NCBI GenBank assembly: GCA_030704615.1
Contig: CM060732.1
Coordinates: 65,968,001-66,032,000, forward strand
Length of the DNA: 64,000 nt
Origin: Takakia lepidozioides
Lineage: Eukaryota; Plantae; Bryophyta
Direction of reading: 5' to 3'
A model generated the notes under the pieces. The model was not told the origin of the DNA. It saw nothing but the letters and a program-made list of their open reading frames with translations, and searched no databases. A program made the translations under genes and the position numbers. Below are positions 12,560 through 23,953 of this stretch, in pieces. Numbering within the stretch: position 1 is the first letter of the stretch; each line of letters opens with the position of its first letter.

Positions 12560-15091
12560 GGGCTTAGCTGGATATCGTTAATGAAACTCTTGGACTTTGT
12601 CAGATGCATTGGCGAGGTTGGATGAAGGTTCCCACATTCGTTCGCTGATGTCGTAGTCTTTCCAATGTACGAAATACTCAAGACGTTTATACTTGATACG
12701 ATAGTCTAGAACTTCGTCGACTTCATACTCAATCTCCTGATTGACTTCGATTGGTGGAGGTGGTACGGAGACTCTCCCTGGAATATTCGATAGATGATAC
12801 AACTCCAATAATGAAACATGAAAGACTGGATGGATGCGCATACTTCGTGGGAGTTCAAGCCGAAAACTGACTGGATTTATTTGTCGAATAATTTTGAATG
12901 GTCCCAGGCGTTGATAATTCAACTTCTTTGATGGTCGCGAGGTTTGTATGTCATGTCAAAGAAGCCACACACGATCTCCAACCTTGAACTGGGGTCGAGT
13001 TGGCGACGTTGATCTGTGTACTCTTTGTATTGTTTTTTAGCTCTGCGAGGTGGAATGTAAGCTCTTTGTGAATCGTAGCGAGATAAGTAGCAAGGTTTTC
13101 TGTAGCAGGGCTTCCAACAGTCTTCATGTGGAAAGGGTTTGCTCGAGGATGATGACCATAATTGGAGAGAAATGGAGTTTGTTTGGTCGAAGAATGTATA
13201 GTGTTGTTGTAGGCAGCCAATGATAGAAGGTCCGTCCAATTATCTTGGTGATGATTTATCGTACAGCGAAGATACTGCTCCAAAATCTGGTTTACACGTT
13301 CAGTTTGACCATCAGTCTGTGGATGATTAGCTATAGAGAGGTTGATCTTAGTATCCAATATGTAAAATAATCCCCTCCAGAAATTTGATATGAACTGTGG
13401 TCCTCGATCAGATACGATGTCCATTGGGAGTCCATGAATGCAGTAATATTATTGAGGAAGAGTCTTGCAGTTTCCTCGCCAGTAACCATCTTATTATATG
13501 GAATGAAATGTGTCATCTTCGTGAAACGATCTACAATAACAAGGATTGAATCGGTGGTCTTGGAAATTGGAAGGTCCGTAATAAAGTCCATAGACACGGA
13601 CGACCATGGACCCTTGGGAATGGGTAATGGTTGAAGAAGGCCGTAAGGTCGATGTCGTGGTCCCTTCGCTCTAGCACACGTGTCACAAGATTTTATTCAC
13701 GAGTTTTCACATCTGCGGCCACCAGTAGTCCCTGGATATCAATCCCATTGTTTTGTTGAAGCCGAAATGTCTTGTAGCCGGAAGATCATGACATGTTTGA
13801 AGAATTTGAAGTCGTGTAGGTCCTGGAGGTACATAGAGAAGTCCCTTGAAATAAAGTAAACAATCTTTGAATTTGAAGTCGTTTGTAGCATGTGGGTTGT
13901 CTCGAGTCGTAGCAAATTTGTCGCTCTTCAGTGCTTCCTCAATCTCATTTATGATCTCTACATCGTCATAGGTGGACATGGATAGCATATTCAATTAGAG
14001 ATTTGCTGGTTTCAAGATGATGGATTTATGTTGGTCAAAAGCTGCATCCCCTTCTTTTGGCGCAAGATACGATCGTCGAGAAAGAGCATCTGGTTTTCCT
14101 TGAAGATGTCCGGGACGATAGGTAATAATAAAATCAAACTTTGCTAGTGACATATTCCATCTCGCTTGACGTCGATTCAAAACACGAGCACTCATAAAAT
14201 ACTCGAGGTTTTTGTGATCGGTATAGATTGTGACCTGATGTTTAGCTCCCTCCAATAGATGACGCCACTCCTCAAAAACATCGATAATTGCTAGAAATTC
14301 TTTGTCATAGATTTCATAATTGATCTCCGCAGCAAAAAATTTGCGAGAACGAAAACCAACAGGGTGAAGTCGGTCATCTGTATCATATTGAGATAGTACC
14401 ACGCCAAGTGCAAAGTCCGATGCATCTGCTTCCAAAAAGAATGGTTTAGATGGGTCTTGTGCGAAAAACAGTTTTCCATTCGTGTCCTTCTTTTACTCGT
14501 ACAAGGTTGTAAGCTCCTCTCAAGTCGATCTTTGTGAAAAAATTTGCTCGTCCAAGTTGTTCGAGGAGTCCGGAAATCAGCGGTAGTGGGTAACGATTTT
14601 TTATAGTGACTTTGTTGAGCCCACGATAGTCCACACACATGTGTAATGATCCGTCTTTCTTCTTCACAAATAAGATAGGTGCTCCCGCGGGTGATTTCGA
14701 ATGTCGAATAAAATTCTTTGACAAATTTTCATCAATGTATTCGCGTAAAGCAGCCAGCTCCGTCTGAGATAAATTGTAGATCAGGCCGAATGGTGGTTGA
14801 GCTCTTTCTTGCAACTCAATTACACAATCATAATGTTGATGTTCTGGCAACATGTCTCATTTTTCTTCTCGAAGACATCTTTGAAATCTTGATATTGAGT
14901 GGGTAATGCCGAAGTACCTTGGTTTGTTGTGGTTTTGATCGGAGTCGCATAAAGTGCAAATGTCGCGTCTTTCTTCGTAGCTCTCATGAAGGCTCTAGCT
15001 CCAAGAAACAGGGGTTGAATATCTTTTGTACTTTTGCATTTTTGTCTTGCCGAAATTTTTCGTGATCGCCAATCGATGTCAGGATTATGAA
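12560..15091 (-). pseudogene. Gypsy pol (RT with internal deletion, RNase H, integrase, chromodomain)
   Basis: [31 protein letters not shown]; EADASDFALG...YDKEFLAI; SMDFITDLP; [11 protein letters not shown]...[13 protein letters not shown]; chromodomain EYEVDEVLD...YFVHWKDY...WEP. Confidence 0.93.
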
Positions 15092-15519
15092 GTACAAACC
15101 AGTGTTGGGCGGTTACCCGCCTGGGCCCCGGGTAACCACCGCCGGTTCCGGTTCCGGTTATATGGAACCGGACCGGAACCGGAAATTGGGGATTGCGTGG
15201 GAACCGGAACCAACGGTTCCAGCTACGACCACATGTGTGGGAACCAGGTTTGGGGACTCCAAAGCGGTTCCGGTTCCGGTTCCACCCATGGGCTGTAGCC
15301 CTAAGTGTCTCTACAACTCATCCAGCTCGCTCTCTCTCGCATACATCTTGCTCGCTACTCCAGTCCAGGTAAGGTTTGTGTTCCATGTCTCCATCTCCAT
15401 CTTCTACTTTATTGTTTGATTTCTCTCTCGCTTTCATTTCATCTCCATCTCCATTCTCTTTCCCTCTTAGGTTGATTGATTTAATGTGTTGTTTGTTTCT
15501 TTTCTTCTCAGTTTATCGC

Positions 15520-17350
15520 ACAAGAGGGGGCTGATCTCTCTTCTGCTGCTGTGGCAGGTGGTGGACACAAAGGGAGGGAGTGTGAGCAGGAGGGCCCCGC
15601 CAACCAGCCGTCGCTTGTTGTTGGTGAGCATCCACCATGTTCTTGTTTTTTTTTAATTTTTTGGTTCAGCGGAGCTAATGGGCCCCATGCTCTTGTATTG
15701 TGGTAAGTGGCGCATTGGAGGGAGGAAGTGCCAGCAGGAGGGCCCGCGCAACCAGCCCCTTGTTGGTAAGCATCCACCACTTTTGGTTATTTTACTGTTT
15801 TTAGCTTTAGTTCACCATGAAGCTAATCAGCTTCCTCCTTTTCTGCTATGGCATGTGGTGCAAGAGGTAGGGAGGACGAGTAAGGAGGGCCCACCTGCAA
15901 CCAGGCCCCTTGGTCCATGGTAATCATTGCTCATCATTCTTCTTTTTTTGTTTCTTTTTTTTTTCCTGTTTTCTTTGATGATATACCAAGGGGCTGATAG
16001 CCCCTTGCTCCACTATGGTAGATTTTACATTGGAGGGAGCACAAGCAAAGAGGGGCCCACCAACCAGCCCACATTACCCACTGGTAAGTATCTTCCCTTT
16101 CGTTAAAAAATTTTAATTCTTGATACAATTGGGGGTTGATAAGATAGCCCCTTTGCCTTTTGTTATAGCAGATTCTGCATGAGAGGGAGGGAGCCCAAAG
16201 TAGGGAGGGACCTGCCAACCAGCCACCATTACCCGCTTGTAACTCCCTTTTATTGAGCTTTATTTTTTTAGTTGTTTAAATTTTTGTTAAAAGAGGGGCT
16301 GATTAGCCCATTGCTCTTGCGCTACGGCTGATTGTGCATGGGAGGGAAATGAGGGCAAGTAGGAAGGCTGGCCAACCAGCCCCTCTTGCACCGCACATGT
16401 AAGCATCCCCCTTCATTTTTTTTCCCCATAAAATTGGTATAGCAAGGGCTGATTAGCCGTTGCTAATGCAGATCACACACAAGAAGGACGTCCAGTGCAA
16501 GTAAAAAAGCACGTCAACCAGCCCCTCTCATCTTGTAGTAAGCCCCCACCCTTTATCTTAGTTTTTTAATGTTATTCTTTCCAATGTGTGGTACAACAAA
16601 AGGCTGATTCGCCCTTCCTCATAGTGATATGTTGCACTCGGGAAGGGAGCAGAAATAGGAGGCCTCTTGACCCGCCAACCAGCCCCCATTACCCGCATGT
16701 ACTTCCCCTTCATTGTTCTTTATTTTCTTAATTATTTTAAGTTTGTGATATAAGAGGAGCTGATTAGCCCCTTGCTCTTTTGCTATTGTAGATCGTGCAT
16801 GGGAGGGAAAGAGGGCAAGTAGGGAGGCCTGCCAACCAGCCCCAGTTCCACCACACATATAAGCATGCCCCTAATTCAATGTTGCATATTTTTTTTTTCC
16901 TAGAAAATTGGCATAGCAAGGGGCTGATCAGCCCCCTACTCTGTTGCTATGTAGATCACACACAAGAAGGAGGAGTGCGAGTTTAGAGCCCGCTAACCAG
17001 CCCCCTCATCCTATGGTAAGCCCCCACCCTTTAATAGCTTAGTTTTTTTATTTTTTCCAATGTGTGGTACAACAGAGGGATGATTTGCTCCTCCTCTCAT
17101 AGTGAAAGTTTGAACTCGGAAAGGGGAGCACAAATATCAAGAAGGCTTGACAGCCAGCCCCTACCTCTTGTGGACAATCACCCCACTTTAAAGCTTCATA
17201 ATTTTTAGTTATAACTCTTCATGTTGTGGTACAACAAGGACTGATTTATTTATATGTGGTGGGGGCATTGCAGATCATCTCCCAAGGCATGAAGTAGCCA
17301 AGCTGACCACTGAAGCATAAGACTGGTCCACCCCCAACTTGCTAGGTAGT
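15520..17350 (+). repeat. Array of ~12 diverged ~155-bp units inside the hAT
   Basis: Recurrent unit: ggggctgattagcccc, YAG, G-rich core, ccaaccagcccc, gtaagc, then a T-rich spacer. Confidence 0.85.
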
Positions 17351-17615
17351 TTTTGTAATTTGAAAATGTAAATGTACATGTACTAGATAAAAAAAATAAC
17401 GTAGATCTAAATGTAGGCCATGTATGTAACATTCAGCTCAATATGAAATAATAAATTGAGCAGTGCGGTGTCTCTCCCCACACTTTCGTTTTGGCCAGCC
17501 ATATACCATTCCAAACTTTTGTAAATATATGAGTTGTGCACAATTATTAAATGTCTTTTGAATTCTTTGTTTGCATTGTTTTTACACAGGAGTTGTTCCA
17601 CAAGCTTTTTATGTC

Positions 17616-19962
17616 ATGGAGCCCAATATTTTCGATGAACTAGAAAGGGAAGTTGTTCTTGACGTCAATGTTGATAATGAAAGAGCTTTGGTGGAGTGTC
17701 ATGTTGCGGAGGATGCTCATCATGCAGCCTCATTTATATCAGCTCATCAAGCCTCGGCTGCAATGTCATCTTCCACAGTTTCGCCATCACACACAGTGTT
17801 GGATGTGGAGGCGCAACTCCCAGTACTTGAAAAACAACGGGATTTTTGGAAGCCCCACAATCGCACTGCTTCGACATGGGCATTCTATGCAACAAAAGAC
17901 TCTGCTCCAGTGGACATAACAAATCCACAACAAATGAGGTGTGTTCTATGTCATCCTGTTGGTGTCACTCCTGCAAGCAAGAAAGACATTGTGACCTATA
18001 ATAAAACCAATGGTATCTCTGCCCTTCGAAAGCATGTGGATCAAGAACATGACATTGTTTTGCGTAGGTGGATTGAGAGGGAAAATGAAGGACCTGAGAA
18101 GGCCCGTAGGCCAGCAAAAAAGAGGCCCAGCCCCACTCCTGGAAACATAGTTTTTTTTTTTTGGAGCTCCACTCCATACAACAAAAATGATGATCAACAG
18201 AAGCAGTTCAATGAGGATTTAGTCTTGTTCATTGCAAAGGAGTTGGTTCCACTGTCTTTGGTAGAATCCCCTTGGCTAAGAATAATGGTGTTGAGGCAAA
18301 ATCCTCAGATTGTTTTCCCTTCTCGACGGACATTTGTGAATGAGGCCATTCCAATCTTGGCAGAGAAGACGAAAGAGCGTTACATGTCCCCATCTCTTCA
18401 GAGTTGTGCTACTTGCTCCGTGAGTTTTGATTTGTGGATGTCAAGAGGGGGAACTGACACTTTTGTCATCATAGCGCACTTTATTAATGAACAGTGGGAG
18501 CAATGTCATGTGACTCTTGGCATGTTTGAGACACCTGACACATCTGGGGCTGCCATGGCACATCAAGTCAACAATCTTCTTGTGATGTATGGCCTCAATA
18601 CTCGCATTATTGCTTACGTCAAAGATGAGGGAGGTAACTTGGCCACTTTGACCAATGCTTTGAATTCGGTGGTCTCATGTGCGTGTTTGGGGTTGGATTC
18701 TCCATTTGTGGGTAGTTGTTTTGGGCATGCAATGTCCAAGTGTTGCCAGTATGCAACAAATGATGCAAAAGTATGCGCAGATATGAGATCGGTTTCTATA
18801 AAAAATGCCAATCAGAGTTGCAAAAAACCATTACTTGGACCAAAAAAAGTGGCAAAGTGAGACAAGAATGGGCAAAGGCATGTGTGGACAACGGCATTCA
18901 TCCCCACAAACTGAAGACTCCGGTGAAGACATGGTTTGTTTCCAAGGTGATCCTCTTCCAAAAGACTTTGGAGTTTAGGCAAGCCATAATCACTGGTTAC
19001 TCTTGGCAAACCTCATTGGCACTGCAGTCTCGCATACCAAGTCCACAAGTGTGGGCCATTGCCCAATCAATTTCTACAGTTCTAGGGCCTGTGGTTCATG
19101 AGTGCATTATGAATCAATCTGGGGGATTTTGGCTGTTGTCCGATGCTCTTAATGCAGCCATTGCCACAACAGTTCGCATGCGAGGAAGTAGTGCTCCCAG
19201 GGCTGCAATTGTGGATCATTGCATGGGGGATTTCTCAACAGAGTTGACATTGTTGGAATTGCGGATGGCTCGAGAGGTGGTATATATCTTGGAACCATTT
19301 CTTTCTTTTTTGGAAGGGTTTCAATCGCGCAAAGCTCACAATATGCTCGCGCTTATGCTTGACCCACGTTACAAGGGGTTGTCATTGGTATCACAATATG
19401 TGGGCAAAGAGCGTGCTTTGCATATTGTGTCCCAATATGATAGCATGGTGTTAGAGCCTCTTTTGATAAAGTGTTTCAAGGTCTTACATCCGGATACTCC
19501 GGCCCAATCACAACCCACTTCCACAATGGACGAGATGTCTTTATTTGGTGTGCATGACCACAATGAAGACATGACATTAACAGTAGTGAGAGAACAACTA
19601 TCACATTTCAGAACGACGAAGATAATTGAGGGTGAGTGCGTGGCTCCTTTGAAATGGTGGAAAGAACACGAGTCTCTTTTTCCGTATGTGGGATTTTTGG
19701 CACGGCTAATCTTGGGCATAGTTGGATCTCAGATTGAAGCTGAGAGGGTTTTTAATATTGCAGGTGTCATAACAAACTTGAGACGGTGCAGGTTAAATAT
19801 TGAAAACCTTGATATGCTTGTGAGTGTAGTCAAGAATTGGCCAAATGATGCTAGAGTTGGTTGCTTTAGTACTTCCATGAAAGAGTTTTGGATAGGGAAG
19901 AAGTCCTCTTAGATGAGAATGAGGACTTGATTGCAAAGGCAAACCTCTTTGAGGTAGAATGA
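17616..19962 (+). pseudogene. hAT transposase with frameshifts at ~18805 and ~19888
   Basis: BED-like finger (WAFY..CVLC..H..H), SFDLWMS, YVKDEGGNL, CFGH, KLKTPVKTWF, LMLDPRYK, and dimerisation domain PLKWWKEHE...SQIEAERVFNIAG. Confidence 0.92.
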
Positions 19963-20706
19963 TTTGTCTTAGAGACAAATTATTGTTCAACATATATTAC
20001 ACTATACTCCTTTGATTGGAGTTTGTTTATTTGTCATTTTTATTGAAAATTTCAGTGACATCCCGTGTACTTAGTTTGTTGTATGCTATATTGACAAAGC
20101 ATCATCCAAAAAACACAAATTTATGTAGTTTTTTTTAGTTGTGCTTTTGCTGCACCATAAAAGGTAACCATAGAATTACACATGTTTAATTTGTTTTGTA
20201 TTTTGAATTAAGATCCTTATGTAGTTTGTTTGTTTTAGTTGTTCTTTGCTACACCGTACGAAAACTTCTAAAATCTCTGGTTTTCCGTTTTTAATGGAGA
20301 CCATGCGTATTTAACTAGTTATATATACCATAAAAGACAATCACAAAAAACATATAAGTTTATTTACTTCTGTTTTACTAATAAATTCCCTGGTTTTAGT
20401 TGAAAATTCTCAGTATGACCAATCAGATCAGTTCATCTAATTTTCCAGAAGAATAAAAAAAATTAAAAAAAATTAATATATTTTTTTTAAAAAACCAGCA
20501 CCTAACCGGGAACCGGTGGTTTTTTTCCAGCAACTAACCGGTAACCGGAACCGCCCCCATGTTAAAAAGTCAGAACCTGAACCGGACCGGAACCGCCTTA
20601 ATAAAAAATAACCGGATCCGGATCCGGAACCGTCTCTTCAAAAATTGTGGAACCGAAACCGAAGGTTCCTTCACAAAGACAAGAACCGCCCAACACTGGT
20701 ACAAAC

Positions 20707-21253
20707 CACGGAAGTCCAAGGATCACAGGATTTGTTGGAGACTGGATAACATTGAAAACAATCTGTGATGCTTGATTTTTAAGCTTCACTTCAAGGGGTT
20801 GAGTTTCATGGTCAATATTTTCTAATGCTAACGGTCGTCCATCGATGACTTCAACAGGGGCCGAGAATTTCTTTCTTACGAGTGTTAAATTGTGTTGTTT
20901 CGCAAAGTCTTTATCAGTAAAACACGCTGAAGCGTCCGAGTCCAAAAGTGCTTCTACGGAGATATCTCGATTTTGCATCCTGATCTTTACTGGAACTGTG
21001 AAACAAGGTACAGGGTCTGGAGATAGAAAGAGACATTTTTTTGGTGAGGAATTTGGGGTGTCCAGCCGCATGGTCCCTATTGTGACTGGACATCTTCGTT
21101 TTCTAACCTCCTCGTATCGAACACTTGAGTTGTGCCCCGAGCTTTGAATCTTCTCTTGTTGGGGCAGTTTAATGTTATGTGATCATCTTCTCCACAATAA
21201 AGACATAATCCATTCGAGCGCCGTTTTTGTTTTTCTTGTGGCGTCAGTGGCTT
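20707..21253 (-). pseudogene. Gypsy gag C-terminus (zinc knuckle) and protease, inverted
   Basis: KPLTPQEKQKRRSNGLCLYCGEDDH; EALLDSDASACF...VEVIDGRPL...PVILGLPWF. Confidence 0.9.
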
Positions 21254-22553
21254 CAGATGAATGTATGTACAGCCTTTCTCAATGGAGATCTTATGGAAGA
21301 AATATACATGGACCAGCCGGAGGGATTTGCTATAAAATGGAAGGAAATGATGGTGTGTAAGCTCCTCAAGTCATTGTATGATTGAAGCAATCCCCTGGGG
21401 CATGGAATGCTAAGATTGATGCATATTTCATGGCTGAAGAATTTGAGATGAGCTTTGCTGATTATAGTGTTTACTATAAGAGGGCTCATGTAAACTCTTT
21501 TGTGATCATAATACTGTACGTTGATGATCTGATTTTGGTCTCTAATGACTTAGCTCTGTTTAAAAAGACAAAGAGCGATATCTCAATGAAGTTTGAGATG
21601 GTGGATCTGAAAGAGATCCAGTACTGCTTGGGGGTATCGGTAACTCGTGTTCGACAAGACCGAGCGATTTACCTGAACCGGCGTAAGTATCTTGAAGATA
21701 TCTTAAGGAGCTTTGGTATGGCTGAAAGTATGCCGGTAAATACCCCGTTTGTCCCAAATTGCAAACTCTCAAAGGAGATGAGTCCTAAGAGTACTGCAGA
21801 CTTGGAGACAATGGGAGATGTTCCCTATCAGAGAGCTGTGGGAAGGTTCATGTATACAATGGTTTGTACTAGGCCAGATATTGCTCAAGCAGTGGGGGTT
21901 GTAAGCCAATTTGTAGCTAACCCTGGGCAACTCCATTGGGTTGCAGTAAAGCAGATTTTCCGTTATCTAAGAGGCATACTGGACTATGGTTTGTGCTTGA
22001 GAAAGAACAATGATAATGTTCAGTTGGATCAAGTGGGTTCATATGATATCTCAGATAGTGCTTGCAAAAGCACAGAGCTATACGGCTATTGTGATGCAGA
22101 TTGGGCTGGTACTGTTGATGACTGCCACTCTACATCTGGCTATGTTTTTATGCTAGCAAATGGAGCTGTAAACTGGAGCAACAAGAAACAATTCATAATT
22201 GATATGTCCTCGACTGAGGCAAAATATATAGCTGCATTCAAGCTACAAGGCAAGCATTATGGTTATCATCATTTCTATCTAGTATTGGTCATCCACAGAG
22301 GGATACCATGGTCATATATGATGACAACCAAGGGTGTATTGCTCTCTCAAAGAATCCAATGTTTCATACTCGCACAAAACATATTGAGATTCATCATCAT
22401 TTGGTACGAGAGAGGACTGAAGCTGGAGTTGTTAAGCTTGTATATTGCAACACCAACAACATGATTGCAGACATACTGACAAAAAAACTTAGTGCTGAAA
22501 AGCTTGAACGCTTTCGAGGCTTAATGGGAGTAACTAAGTGTTTAACTTGGTAA
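21254..22553 (+). pseudogene. Copia RT (remainder) and RNase H
   Basis: QMNVCTAFLNGDL; LYVDDLIL; TRPDIAQAV; GYCDADWAG; DNQGCIALSKNPMFHTRTKHIEI...ADILTK. Confidence 0.93.
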
Positions 22554-22568
22554 CTCGTTGAGTGGGGG

Positions 22569-22961
22569 TGTTGGAAATCAACTCCTGACCAAGTTACTAC
22601 TACCTAGAGTTACTGTGACGACATCGCAGGCTTCCATAATAACAGTGCTGACAAATCACAGTTAACAATAAAGATAAGCCTCAGTTAACTAAAAGATAAC
22701 TACAGTTAGCTAAAAGATAACTAAAGTTAGCTTCAGTTATTAGTGACTCAAGTCATTGTACCAGAATAACAGGCGGAGATAACTTAAGTAAAAACATGGA
22801 GTTATGTTATAGTTATCTCATCTATTTCTAGATCAGACTTAGAGTATAAATAGGGAGAGCTCGGAGGTGGACACAACTTGTTGTGATCCTATGGTTGGAT
22901 TGGGGGAGAGTTCTCAGTAATCAGTTCATCTTTTATCTCTATTCTATGTCGAATTCCAACA
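22569..22961 (+). repeat. Copia 3' LTR
   Basis: Direct repeat of 7281-7650 with substitutions and small indels. Confidence 0.95.
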
Positions 22962-23953
22962 ACAACTAGGGAAAACCCTAACCCCTAAAGACTAGATTTA
23001 ACATTTAAAAATGGTTAATTTACATCTCAAGCTTAAAAAGGAACAAACATTTCAATTCCGCATATTCAAGGTACTGACGTACTGACCCTAATAAGCCAAA
23101 TGGACTGATTGTTTTAGAAAAAAACTAAAATTAGAAAAAACCTAACCCATAAGATGTTAGTTTGGTAGAATTACGGACTTTATTATGACACACCATGTGA
23201 CACTTGAAATCACTATCACATTTTAGCCAGCACAAGAAAATTAACCCTTACATGCTGACATAGTGCTGGTAGTCGCATCTCTCATCTTCTTCACCCAACT
23301 CAGCTGATAATCTGTCCAAAAAGTGTAAGTGGGTGCCCACATGAAGGTAACTGACGACAAGCAGTTCAATTCTTGAAATTAGCCCAGGGAGCTGAATTCC
23401 AGGTGCTACAATGTCATGCTATCTCCTTGAGTTTGCTAGCTGAGCTCCTGCAATACCTGATTCGCAAGGCCCATTCAGATTGCCTATGGATAATGAATTA
23501 TCACTAGCAGAAGATAAGGACCGGATAAAACATGTACAATTAATCACTGAAGATAGAAGAAGCATACCACACACAGAAAAACCTCGGATCCCATGTACAC
23601 TTCCAAGGCTACAAGGCCAATGAGCAATCACTACTACCATGCGGCCATCACACAAACAGTAACACCAACTCAGGATGCCATCAAAGAAGCATGCAATTTG
23701 ATGTGGCATTTAAGTTCTGTTGATACTACGAAAGGTGATGAGCAGATCAACACACTCATAGCGTGATTAAATTAAGGGATCAAACATATTGATCCTCACT
23801 ATCATACATCAAGGATTCTTGCCCTTTACCAGTGTTCTGCATCAAAGAAATTTGACGCTGTGTTGCAACACAGAAACCCTTTAGGGATACCGTCTTGAAT
23901 GATGGAATTCAAGGGAGACAAGCTAAGGAAGAGACTATCAGGGAGTGAGAATG

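Larger units (their letters stand above)
15100..20698 (+). mobile_element. hAT DNA transposon
   Basis: TIRs CAGTGTTGGGCGGTT / AACCGCCCAACACTG. Perfect 8-bp TSD GTACAAAC at 15092-15099 and 20699-20706. Subterminal AACCGG/CCGGTT repeats at both ends. Confidence 0.96.
7281..22961 (+). mobile_element. Ty1/copia LTR retrotransposon, degenerate, hosting nested insertions and an inversion
   Basis: TG...CA LTRs at 7281-7650 and 22569-22961. 5-bp TSD ACAAC at 7276-7280 and 22962-22966. PBS tggtttcagagc at 7651 and PPT gagtggggg before 22569. Domain order PR-INT-RT-RH. Confidence 0.95.

Noticed and set aside
15520-17350. CRISPR-like repeat/spacer appearance
   Set aside because: Eukaryotic context, diverged repeats, 'spacers' homologous to each other, no cas genes, and it lies inside a hAT element.
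11133-21254. Inversion caused by hAT alternative transposition
   Set aside because: Both hAT ends retain their perfect 8-bp TSD, and the breakpoints are ~550 bp and ~4 kb away from them.
22970-23260. Telomere-like aaaccctaa words and a possible right end of the DUF7869 element
   Set aside because: Only 1-2 units, weak inverted similarity to ~2700-2750, and no TSD.
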